Assembly: GCF_030144855.1 (NCBI RefSeq)
Contig: NC_082712.1
Span: 141,918,001 to 141,982,000 of the forward strand
Reading direction: 5' to 3'
Origin: Hypanus sabinus
Taxonomy: Eukaryota
Length of the DNA: 64,000 nucleotides
In this document: positions 52,640-64,000 of the stretch, in pieces
Numbering within the stretch: the stretch's first letter is position 1
Layout of the letters: the number at the start of each line of letters is the position of its first letter
The notes under the pieces: model-generated
The model's input: the letters and a program-made list of their open reading frames with translations, nothing else
Databases searched by the model: none
What the model was told of the DNA's origin: nothing
Position numbers and translations under genes: made by a program

Positions 52640-53715
52640 GGTCAGTGTAAAAGTGAGGAATAGCTTATCTCCAGGTCCTGTCCATCTTTTAGAGGATGGG
52701 TATGGAAAATGGTGTTGCTAAGACGGATGATATTGCAGTTTTGGGATCTTAAAATTAGGGCTCAGAGTGGAGGCATAAATGAGTCTTTTTCTATTTGGTA
52801 AGTGCAGAGCTGGTGCAGGGGCCTCTACTCTTTACACCTTATGTAAATAATTAGGATGAAGGCAGCTAAGGTGTGGTTGTGATGACCCAAATATAGATGG
52901 AAAATAGGCTGTGAAAAGGACATAGAGGCTTAAAGGGATATAGATAGCCTCTGTGGGGCAAGGATTTCACAAATGGAGTTTAATGTATCTTTTTGACAGG
53001 AAAAGTGAAAAAAAAGCATATTATCAAAATGGTTTGAGAATGGAGAGCTCTAATGTGCAGAGAGGTCTGAGTGTCCATGTGCACGATTCATAATAGACTA
53101 GAATAGAGGTTGAGCAAGTAATAAGAAAAAGTAATAGTATGTAAGAGGAATTGAATGCAAAAGTAAGGAGGTTATACTTCCATCGTATAGGGCCATGATG
53201 AAGCCACATCTGGTAGACTATGCACAGGATTGATCTCCTTATTTCAGTAAGGTTGGAATAGGAAATAGTTCAAGGAACATTTACTGGACCAAAACCAGGA
53301 GAGTATAGATATTTTCTGAGGAAATGTTAGACAGGTCAGGCTTGCGTCCACTGGAGTTTAGAAGAATGAAAGGGGATCTAACTGAAATGAACAAGATCCT
53401 GAGAGGTCTTGACAACATGTTTTCTCTTGTAAAAGAAATTTAGAACTGGGGCCACCTTTTCAAAAGTAAAACATTGCACATGTATTATGGAAATGAAGTG
53501 AAATTCTTTGCTCAGAAGGTCACAGGTCTTTAGCGCTCTCACCTCAAAGGGGCACAAATGCAAAATTTAATAGATTCTAGCCAGGGGAATGAAAGGTTAC
53601 TGCTTGTAGCAGAGAGATCAGAGTTGAAATATGACTAAATAGCCATCTTGTGTTGAATGTCAGAATGGGCCCAAGAAGTTGAATGATCTGTTTCTGGTCC
53701 AAATTCTTTTGTTTA
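52640..53715 (+). mobile_element. Old CR1 3' relic
   Basis: YRAMMKPHL, LEFRRMKGD and a CR1-type 3' UTR; highly diverged. Confidence 0.65.
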
Positions 53716-54255
53716 CATGTTTATATATTCACTTCCCTAATCAATCAATGGGAACACAGCAATAGAGAAATGGATAGTTGAAAATAAATTTCACCATGCA
53801 TGAGGTGGTGTTAAAATAGCAGTCATTATTAAAATGAAATTGACTTGATGGTAGAGAAGATGAGCATCATAGGTATACGTTCAAAGAACATTAACTGTCT
53901 CAATTTCATAAAGGTACTTAAGTCTGTTTTTGGTTTGGAGATGCATTGAACATAATCAAGATCAGGTTGAGACTATATTATCCTTATTAAAACCCCAGTT
54001 AGTGGCCCACACAATCAAATTGATGTTGAGATTTTAGAGAAGGCAAAGACAGATTAGATAGGATGTTGCATCTATTCAAATAAGGCTGTATGCTAAAAGC
54101 GTATTGGCTGTGAAATACTAAAGTGTTCCGCAAGGGCCAAGAAATATATAATTTTAAATCTTTCCCTCGTTTTCTCTCCTTCAGAAAATTGGTCTGATTT
54201 TGCCTACACTTAAACAACCAGCCTGAAATTTTAAAGCTTCTCTGTATATCTAAAA

Positions 54256-54318
54256 CAACCTTTCTTATGCCATGGACCTTTACCAAGTGGTCTATGGACC
54301 CCATATTGGGAACCCCAG
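54256..54318. mobile_element. Second hAT MITE copy with left TIR deleted
   Basis: Shares tatgccatgga..tggacccc..gaacccc with 48292-48372; exact TSD atctaaaa (54248-54255 / 54319-54326). Confidence 0.75.
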
Positions 54319-54954
54319 ATCTAAAACATGAAGGAAAAATATTTAACAAGGATATTCCCTGATGGAAAATTTGGTGAACAGCTTTTGCTATTCAAAGGTC
54401 CAACACAGCTAAACCTTAACTACTCAAAGCTGAATCCAATTCTCTGTAAGAAATGTGTGTAATAAAACAGGAAAATGATGGAAACATGTAGCAGGTTAGA
54501 TAGCAGGACCAAAGGGAAATCAAGTTAGTGCTTCATAGTGAAGACCCTTCAGCAACACCTGTTGCATATTTCTAGCAATTTCTATTTTCATTCCGCATTT
54601 CCAACTCTTGCAGCTCTTTGATTTTCATCTAAGAGTGCATGTGCGTGTGTGTGTGTGCGCTAGTCTCATTACTGCTGAAAATAATAATTAAATTAATACA
54701 CAGATATAATGAAGTATATAAAAGTATACAAAAATAGGAGAAGGAGTAGGCCATTTGGCTCCTCAAAACGGCTCTGCTCTTCCGTGTGATCATAGCAGAT
54801 GTATGCTGGCCTCAGCTCCTCTATAGCTGACCTTCTATGCTAACACCATATTCCTGCTGTCTCCCTCTGCTCTATTAAGCTTTTTGTACTCAGAATTTTG
54901 TGTAGTTCCTTCTTAACAATATTCATCTACTTGAAATTTACACTATACTGGAAT

Positions 54955-56930
54955 CATTGAGTCTTACAGCATGGGAACAGGCTCTTCAGCACTGACTGTG
55001 TTGCTCAGCAAGCTAGCCCCATCTTCTCATGCTTGGCCCAGAGACTCCTTTATCCCTTCTATCCATGTCCTTACCTAGGTGGCTTTTAAATGTTGCTAAC
55101 GTGCTCCTTTCATCCACTATTTCTTTCAGCTCAATCCAAATATGCACTATCGTTTGTGTGAAGAAAGCGGTCTATGACACCCTGCCTCTAATCTTAAACC
55201 AAAGCCTTATTGTTTTTAACACCTCCCCCTTAGGAAAAAGACTATTGTTTTCACCCTGTATATGGCCCTTATGATCTTTTATAACTCTATCAGGTCACTC
55301 CTCAATCTCCCATAAAGAGAATAAAGCCCTAGTCTACACTAGCTCTCCTTGTAACTGAGGCCTTTATATCCAAGTAACACCCTAGTAAATCCTTTCTGCA
55401 TTATTTCTAGTTCAGGAATATCCTTCCCAAAAATGTAGATTATATTCTAAGTGCGACCTCACTAATGTTTTATATAACAGTAATATAAGTAACTTCCCAA
55501 CTTATGGTCAGTGCCCTAGCTGCTGAAGACCAGCATGCCAAAAGCCTTCTTCACTACATGAGACACCACTTTTAGTGAACTTGCAATTTTGTGTCCCTCC
55601 GCCCTTACAACACACGCTTCTACTCACTGTACAAGTCTTAACCTGGTTTGATCTCCTAAAATTCAAAGCCTGGTATTTATCTGGAATGAAAGTCATTTGC
55701 CAGTCCTCAGCCTACATAACTAGCTGATGAAGATCCCACTACAATTGTTTCATAAACTTCTATGTGGCTACAACACCAGCTATTTCAGGTTTATCAACAA
55801 ACTTAATAACCATGCCTTGTACATTTACATTCAAATCATTTATATAAATGACAAATAAATGTCCCAGCACCAACTCTGGTGGCACACCATGAGATAAAGG
55901 CTTTCAGTCTGAGATCCAGCCCTTGACCATCACCCCTGCTTGCTACCACTGAGGCAATTAAGAATCCTATCAGCCATCTCTCCCTGGATCCTCTGCAACC
56001 TATCCTTCCAGACTAGCCTGCCATAAATAATATTGTTAAAGCCCTTGCTAAAATGTATATACAGATCCCACAGCCCTATCCTCATCTTCCCATGCACAAA
56101 TTCATGCTGTTTCTCCAGAGTCAGACCCTCTCTCTTCTAATGTTGGTAGATCCTGGTCCTTGGAATTCCAGCAGCAATTTACCCACCATTGCTGTCGGAC
56201 TCACCAGCCTGCAGTTTTGTTACATTTTTTAAATCATGGTACCACATTAGCCACATTCCAGTCCTCTAGAATCTCATCTCTGGCGCAAGATGAAGCAAAA
56301 ATCCCTGCGAGGGCTTCTGAATGTCTTCTCTAGCTTCTCACAAAGTCCAAGAATGGAATTTATCAACTGTAATACATTATAAAGTCTCCAACATCCTTAC
56401 TAATTCATATGTGGTGCAAAGAGACATCACCTCTCATTTCCTTAGCCTCCATTCTTTTCTTCACAGTAAAATCTGAATAAAAATATTCCTTAAAAATCTC
56501 TCCCATTTCCTTAGATTTCACACACAGATGGTCACATTGATTTTTCAAAGGACGTACTGTATTTTCTATTTGGCCACCTGTTGACTCTTAAAATACCTAT
56601 AAAATATCCTGCAATATTTTTTCAATTTGCCTGCCAGATCCTTCACTTATCCTCTTTTTGGAATAACAATTCTACATGTTCACTGCATTCTTTGTCAATA
56701 AATTTCTCCACATCTCATTCCAAATTTTCTTTAAACCTATACCCTGAGATTATGATTCCATGTTCTGGACAATCCAGCCTGAGAAAATATCTCCCCTGCA
56801 TTGGGCCCTGTCAGAATCTTTCAATTCTCATTCTTCTAAATTCGAGTGTGTATAAACCAATACTCCCCTGAGTGCCATCATCCTCAGATTCAGTTTGGTA
56901 AACTTTTACTGCAGGCCATTTTTGGCAAGT
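54955..56930 (-). mobile_element. Old CR1 relic(s)
   Basis: CR1 3' UTR and degenerate RT motifs on the minus strand. Confidence 0.6.
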
Positions 56931-57565
56931 ATCAGAATCAGGTTTATTATCACCAGCATATGTCATGAAATTTGTTAACTCAGCAGCAGCAGTTCAATGC
57001 AATACATAATCTAGCAGAAAAATCAATCAATCAATTACTGTATATGTATAATGAATAGATTTGTATCGTGCAAAAACAGAAATAATATATATTTAAAAAG
57101 TAAGGTAGTGTTCACAAGATCAACATCCATTTAGAAATCGGATGGCAGAGAGGAAGAAGCTGTTCCTGAATCGCTCAGTGTGTGCCTTCATGCTTCTGTA
57201 CTTCCTACCTGATGATAACAGTGAAAAAAGGGCACACCCTGGACGCTGGGTGTGTTTAATAATGGACACTGCCTTTCTGAGATACCCCTCCTTGAAGATG
57301 TCCTGGGTACTTTGGAGCCAACTGAATTTACCACCCTCTGTGGCTTCTTTTGGTCCTGTGTAGTAGCCCCCTCTCACCATTCCCCCTCCCCCCCACCATA
57401 CCAGACAGTGATGCAGGCTGTCAGATTGCTCTCCATGGTACATTTATAGAAATTTGTGAGTGTTTTTGTTGATATGCCCAATCTCTTCAAACTTCTAATG
57501 AAGTATATACTCTGCTTTGCCTTCTTTGTAGCTGCATTGATACGTTGGGACTAGGTTAGGTCTTC
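56931..57565 (-). mobile_element. Rex1-like LINE 3' fragment
   Basis: LFSLLSSGRKYRSMKAHTERFRNSFF; (ctgatt)n tail. Confidence 0.8.
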
Positions 57566-59689
57566 AAAACATCCTTTATTGATAAGAAAAACACCAGGAC
57601 ACTTTATAATTGTAGTAACTTATCTTTGCTCTTATTCTCAAATCTCTTATGCAACATAAGTGCAACATAGCTTCACTGCTCAATGCACCTACTGGCAAAT
57701 ACAAGTATTGGGTGATGTACAAAGCCACTTAAGATCCATTTTTATCAATATTTCCAAATCTAACACCATTTCAATCTTCTTTGCTTTAGTGCAGCAAAGC
57801 TCAGTTTGCTCATTGATGATATAAGGCAGGGAAAGTGTAGATGGAGATGGGGAGCTGGGATGTAGGATGTCAGTTCACCGGAAGCCCATCAAAATTAGTA
57901 TTTAAATCCAGTCTGGTGTTCTTGAGAAAATAGCTTCAATGACCAACAGTGCTCAGCATGGCCACCAAATCTTACCTGCCAAGAGCTGTGCTGAAGGTAA
58001 GGAGGAAATTTAGAAATGGTGGGACATTGGGTAGTGGGAGCTCATTAACTTATGCCTTAATTGGTCTGGATGATGACATTGATCTTTTCTGACAGGGAGA
58101 AGACTTGTCATTCTCACTATAGAAAGAAGAGGGAAAACTTGATGGTGTGAAACAACTGGGATTTCAAAGATTTCAGCCAACTGGATGCCAGATAACACTC
58201 AGAGCCTAAGCATCTCAACAAATTCTGATGAATTAATGGTATGCCGGTCTCAGGTCGCTACGATGCAACTGTAAAGGTCATTTGCTCAGATAAAACATCA
58301 ATTCTTGTGCTTAGAGAGGGAAAGCATGTTACTTTAGTGAGCTAATGTTTTGAAATCTAGTTAAATTATTCCACCAAACATCCACATAGGAATCCCAAGA
58401 GGTTGTCCAAGTTCCTGGAATAATTACAAGTCTGGCACTTGTATGCCTAACGATATTCCTTGATAGTACAGAAAACTAAGCAAACAATGCACCAATGCAA
58501 ACCAGGTACAGGGAGGAAGGAGAGATGATTTATTTTCCCCTCAGGGGACTTCCCCAAATACACCTGCTGCATCTCATTAGAGTTTAATATCGATTTCGCA
58601 CTTGAATTGTTTTCTGACACTCTCTCTCTGATTCCCTCCTTCCTTATGTAAAAACTATAGGCATAACAAGAAACTATGCCAGCTCTTCAGAGTGCTTGAC
58701 CGATATTAATGGCTCACTCTGTGCCAAATCTACAAGATTTGTGCCAACTTTCCAACCAATTTCCAGCAGGGAAACCGCCGTTGACAGGAACAGAAGGATA
58801 TTAACTAAGAGCTCTAAGTGATAAATCCCTATTGGTGAGTTTGGAAAACACAGGAGTACCCAGGACAAATTTGTTTTTAGAAGGGCTCAGAGACATACCA
58901 GTTATGCTCAAAAAAACTGAAAGCAAATATAAAGCTTACCATTTTGGTTTTGCTGTTCCTGATGAGGTCTGACTGACAGGTTAATTATAACTTCAGCTCA
59001 GATGTCAGGTTGAAGTAGCAGAACATCACGGATTCTCCATTGGGCATTGTTAAAAAGGATTTAAGAACCTAACAGAATAGTAGGAGGTCACATGGCTGCT
59101 GAGATACCTTGATAATGCTACCTTCATGCAGAAGGTCATTTCAAGCCACATCTGGAGGTATATGATAGGTTAGGCAGTTGTTCATACACCAACACATCAA
59201 GTCAGTCTTGGAGTCAGGGACAACAGATCAGTCATTTTCCTCCAGAAAAGAGGGAAAGGAATGTACAGTGTACTAATCTGGGCAACAAGAGGCCAACAAC
59301 AAGTGTGCCATTTGGGATAAGGTGGATATCCATGGGGGGGGGGGGACATTAATTGGTGAACTGGGTGAAAAGTCCAAACTGGAATAGTACCAGGCATTCT
59401 AGAAGCCCAGAAGGATCATTACAAAAGTTTATAAAAGCACTAAGAAAAACTCATAATTCACTACATAAGATTCATTTACCTCCAGCTGCATCCTTTGCAA
59501 CTTGGGACTGATGAGAAGCTACAACCATTCTTTGGTTTAGGACTAGACTCACCATTCAGAGGAAACAGCAACCCTGTCCGTTCCTCTTGGAATGTTACAT
59601 AGCTTACATAAGATATGCCTACACTTTAAAATGGAAGTAATTCAAGTCCACTTGGGAAAGGAATGAGTCAATACCACATACTTTGGTCT

Positions 59690-60479
59690 TGCACTCAATG
59701 TCAGCAGGACCAAAGAACTGACTGTGGACTTCAGGAAGGGTAAGACAATGAAACACAAACCAATCCTCACAGAGGGATCAGAAGTGAGAAGAGTGAGAAA
59801 TTTCAAGTTCCTGGGTACCAACATCCCTGAGGACCTAACCTGGACACAACATATTGATGCAGCAACTAAAAAGCAAGACCACGGTTATATTTCATTCAGA
59901 ATTTAAGGAGATTCGGTTTGTCAACTAAAACACTTGAAAACTTCTGCAGGTGTATCATGGATAACATTCTGACTGGCTATGTCACCATTTGCTATGGGTG
60001 GGTGGGGGGGAGGGGCTTCTGCACAGAATCGAAATAAGTTGCAAAAACTTGTAAAATTAGTCAGCTCGATCATGGGTCTGTAGTATCCAAGATATCTTCA
60101 AGGAGCGATGCCTTAGGAAAGCGGTGTTCGTCATTAAGGATCCTCAGCACCCAAATGTTCCCTCTTCACACTGTTACCATCAGGTAGGAGGTACAGAAGC
60201 CTGAAGGCACACACTCAGCAATTCAGGTACAGCTTCTTCCCCTCTGCCATCCAATTTCTAAATGGACGTTAAACCTATGAACACTACCTCACCACTTCTT
60301 TATTTCTGTTTTTTTTCACTACTTATTTTTACTTAACTATTTGGTTGACATATGTATATACTTAACGTAACTAAATTATTTTTCTCTGCATTTATTTATC
60401 ATTTATTTCATTGTATTGGTGCTGTAAAGTTAACAAATTTCACGACAAATGACTGTGATGTTAAACCTGATTCTGATTC
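59690..60479 (+). mobile_element. Rex1-like LINE 3' fragment
   Basis: TKELTVDFRK, NFKFLG and LPSGRRYRSLKAHT; aaacctgattctgattc tail. Confidence 0.82.
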
Positions 60480-62009
60480 ATTGCTCAGTGCTTTCTTGAC
60501 ACAGGGTTAAACAAATCCATTTTAAATCCAAGGTCCCTTCTCATTATGCATATAATTCCTTTTGTTTCATCACAAAAGATCACAGCTATTCAATCTGAAC
60601 AGACTGAAAGTGGGATACCAGGTTTGGGTAATGATAGAGAGTTACTGTCAGCTAGTGCCTGAAATAAGCACAGTTATGTGTTTACTCCACAGCAGTGAAA
60701 CAAGAGTAAATTTAAAGTACCCGCTCCCTAAAGCCCACTGGCAGACAGATTGCAGCATACCTACTGAGCTGTGGCAATAGAGTTCTATCTCGCAATGCAG
60801 GCATTCAGTGTATATTAAATAGCTTTTTTTCAGCCAACAGGACTTCTCAGTATTGAATGATCTGCCTGCAAATGGGTCATCAACCATAACTACTTAATGG
60901 GCAATTTGTGGTTTTCACACCTCTACTTAAGGGATATCAAAGGGGTTTCCATGGTCTGTATTACCCTGCAGAAGCAACAGCATCTGTCTAAAGCTGGGAA
61001 ACCATTTTCTGCAAGAATCTAAATTGTCCGTGTTTCTGCTCATAACCAGGAAACAGAATTCTTTCCACACCTTAAAATTCACTTTGCAGCATTGATAACA
61101 TTTTTGTTCTTTGGCTTAAATATCAGCTGTTTTCAATAGGTTAGAAAAAAGATGTGATGCCTCAGGTAAATTACAAATTGTGGGTGAAAGCCCTAATGGT
61201 CTTATTCCAGAAGCCATTTTATATTATTTATCTTTTTTTTTCAAAAGGAAGTAGATGAGGGATTAGGCTTTCAAGGTATTATCATTGTTGATGAGAAATC
61301 TAGATACTATGGCTTAGTTTAAATTGTTTGCCCCAGGATACAGGCCTCCACGGTAAGTTAAAACCTGATCCACCACATGTTTTCTAGTTCATTGTTAATG
61401 TAGCTCTAACTCTTTCTCTATCCCATTATTCCCTGCAAGAAACATCACGAATGAGCACTACTGAATATTTATAAACCACAGAACTGTTTTCCCTGCAGTA
61501 TAGTTTTATCTTAATTTTCTTACTTACAGATGAACTTCATTAGTAAGAACTCCACTGGGACCAGCTAAAATGGTTCTCATTATCGAGGTTGTACAATAAT
61601 CCGTTAAAACATTCTGGGACTGATGGATTTGAGCTCATGTTAACACTGTGAGATCTGAAGGATATTTGTAGGTTTTTCTTATTTATTTCCTGCCTTTTAA
61701 ATATGGTAAAGCTCATAGTTACCAAATATATTAAGTTTATTTTGTTCTGCCAAATTCTGATATTAGCATGTCAACAGCCTAGAGGTATAAAAAAATCCGT
61801 CAGAATCTCAAGGGACTTTCCCATTCAAGTGTCTTCGTTCTCATGTCAAAGAGGTAAAACTTGCTCTTTTCCAACACTGAAACAAACTGCATTTGGATTT
61901 CTTCATGACACAACCACTGATTATCTCCTTTGCAAGTTAACATTATCTGGGGAAAAGGATTGGCCCTTATTAGCAGCTAATTTCCTCAGAGATGTCAATG
62001 AGTAAGTGT

Positions 62010-63040
62010 ATCAAGAATCATTAGAAACTGCAGAGAGTTGTGGGCACAGCTCAGCATATCATAGAAACTAGTCTCTCCTCCATAAACTTTGTCCGCACAC
62101 CTCTCGCTGCCTCTGTAAAGCAATCAGCAGAATCAAAGAACCCACACACTCTCAGACATTCTCTCTTCTCACCCCTCCAATTGGGCAGATGATACAAAAG
62201 CCTGAAAATACCTACCACCAGACTCAAGGATAGCTTCTATCCCACTGTTATAGAACTATTGAACAGCTCCTTGAACAGTACAATAGGATTGATTCTTGAC
62301 CTCACAATCTACATTGTTATGACCTTGCACCTTATTGTCTAACTGCACTGTACTTTCTCTGTAACTGTGTTGGTTGTCCATTGTTTCCAACAATGACGTA
62401 ACCTGTGCGGGAGGAGTTTTATAGTGAAAAAGCCACTGCACTGGGGCAATTCCACATCTCGGCCTCAGAAACCTTGGTCGAAAAAATCGTCATGACTGAA
62501 GGCTTCTTCGGCTGCAGTGGATCACCCTCGTGTCATGCCCTTTGCCTTCCATGAAGCGTGGCAGCACCGCCTTCTTGGCAGTTGGTTCTTTTAGTTGATC
62601 TCATCCGCCCAGTACGCCAGAACTGGCTTCACATGCTGGGGTAGACATATCCCTGTCTCACTGGGGTTGGAGGTTCCCAGCTACCCTCACCTGGTTCAGC
62701 CCAACTGTCGAAGTGGTGTACCGGGATGTGGCCACCGTCACAAACAGTTGGTTGGAGTCACAGGTGAGAGCTGGGAGGCAGTTGGGGAACCAAAGGTGGA
62801 TGAGCTGCCCCTGGGCGGAGCACAACAAGCCTGTCACCAGAGGTGCAACCTCTCCCTGGACACTCCATCCACCCCTAATAATGCTTAATTATATGCACTA
62901 AGGCAGTACAAATTTTAAAAACTGTTTTTTTTAACGCTGTGCTACTTCAATACACCTTAACAATGAATTGGTATGAATAGTATGCAAGACAATTTTTTCA
63001 CTATACCTCAGTTCATGTGACAATAGTAAACCAATTTACC
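62010..63040 (+). mobile_element. Rex1-like 3' fragment with an inserted minus-strand RTE-derived element (~62370-62875)
   Basis: RLKDSFYP motif and an aaaccaatt tail; the GC-rich insert carries an HDV-like fold at its 5' end. Confidence 0.6.
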
Positions 63041-63264
63041 AACTTGGCTACTAAGATCCATTATTACCCTACCAACTTCCATAACTATATTGACTCTTCC
63101 TTGCTTACTCTTACCTTGCCTTCTGTAAGGACTTTATTCCACTCTTCAACTATCTGTGGAATTCCCTAATATGATAACAATGGATCTAATATTTCCACAG
63201 CTACCTCTTTAGACTTCTGGAATGCTAATCACCATTTCATGGGGTTTTATCAGCTTTCAGTACT

Positions 63265-64000
63265 AGAGGCAGAAGAAAGGAAATTATAGGCCAGTTAGTT
63301 TGACCTCAGAGATTGGGAAGATGTTGGAGTTGATAGTTAAGGATGTGTTTTTGTTGTACTTGGAGGTGCATGATAAAATAGGCTGTAGTCAACATGGTTT
63401 CCTCGAGGGAAAATCTTGCCTGACAAATCTGTTAGAATTCTTTGAAGAAATAGCAAGCAGGATAGACAAAGGAGAATTAGTTGATGTTGTGTACCTAGAT
63501 TTTCAGAAGGCCTTTGACAAGGTGCCGCACATGAGGCTGCTTAACAAGCTACAAGCCCATGGTATTACAGGAAAGATTCTAGCATGGATAAAGCAGTGGC
63601 TGATTGACAGGAGGCAAAGAGTGGGAATAAAGGGAGCCTTTTCTAGTTGGCTGCTGGTGACTAGTGGTGTTTCACAGTGGACTGTGTTGGGACAGATTAT
63701 TTTTACACTTTTGCAACATTTGCAGATCATATGAAGATAGGTGGAAGGGCAGGTAGTTTTGAGGAAGTAGAGAGGTTCCAGGAGGACTTAGACAGATTAG
63801 GAGAATGGGTAAAGAAATAGTAGATGGAATACAGTGTTGGGAAGTGTAAGATCATGCACTTTAGTAGAAGACATAAAAGGGCTATTTTCTAAAAGGAAAG
63901 AAAATTCAAAAATCTGAGGTGCAAAGGGACTTGGGTGTTGTTGTGCAAAATTCCCTAAAGGTTAACCTGCAGGTTGAGTTTGTGGTGAGGAAGGCAAATG
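63265..64000 (+). mobile_element. CR1 RT fragment running off the window
   Basis: ORF 63300-63734: SQHGF.GKSCLTNLLEFFE and YLDFQKAFDKVPH. Confidence 0.9.

Larger units (their letters stand above)
13930..61876 (-). pseudogene. Large decayed multi-exon gene of unknown identity (~25 candidate exons); may extend beyond these limits
   Basis: Minus-strand AG..GT segments: 61723-61876, 61528-61654, 60761-60965, 59480-59618, 58940-59068, 57976-57990, 51922-52394, 50283-50888, 46008-46336, 45197-45884, ~44890-45077, 44538-44768, ~38030-38782, 37577-37858, 36539-36589, 35750-35886, 33689-33983, 32919-33032, 32748-32800, 27098-27237, 26958-27020, 16591-16703, 15811-15906, ~14500-14666, ~13930-14350. 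Phases chain across most junctions (some need one internal frameshift). In-frame stops are frequent. Confidence 0.65.

Noticed and set aside
13930-61876. Reading the many in-frame TGA codons as selenocysteine or readthrough
   Set aside because: TAA and TAG stops, frameshifts and exonic TE insertions co-occur; CpG decay of CGA is the simpler explanation.
1-64000. CRISPR array, prokaryotic operon or defence system
   Set aside because: No repeat-spacer array or dense gene packing; the content is vertebrate retroelements and spliceosomal gene relics.

Overview
Eukaryotic, repeat-dense vertebrate DNA. It is most likely from a cartilaginous fish (ray or shark); this is inferred from an HE1/V-domain tRNA-SINE and the CR1, Rex1, L1 and Penelope repertoire. 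No intact protein-coding gene is present. (1) Bases 1-13.8 kb are a nested transposon stack. One CR1 LINE is split by a Gypsy LTR element (itself split by a young 5'-truncated L1), by a solo LTR, and by a second, minus-strand Gypsy element (8432-13539, split by a Tc1 transposon). In that second element the RT/RNaseH/integrase region is replaced by an intronless, 3'-truncated, co-oriented copy of the host USP35 deubiquitinase mRNA, which looks like gene capture by an LTR retrotransposon. (2) From about 13.9 to 61.9 kb the non-repeat DNA holds about 25 exon-like segments on the minus strand with AG/GT sites and mostly matching phases, including a 15-nt microexon. They are full of stops and frameshifts and carry three exonic TE insertions. 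I read this as a large decayed gene whose identity I cannot assign. (3) Several non-LTR relics carry ribozyme-like motifs: minimal hammerhead motifs (a Penelope 3' end and a family of short elements) and HDV-like folds at the 5' ends of RTE-derived short elements. All calls come from manual reading and recalled family motifs; no database search was run, and the ends of old repeats are approximate.
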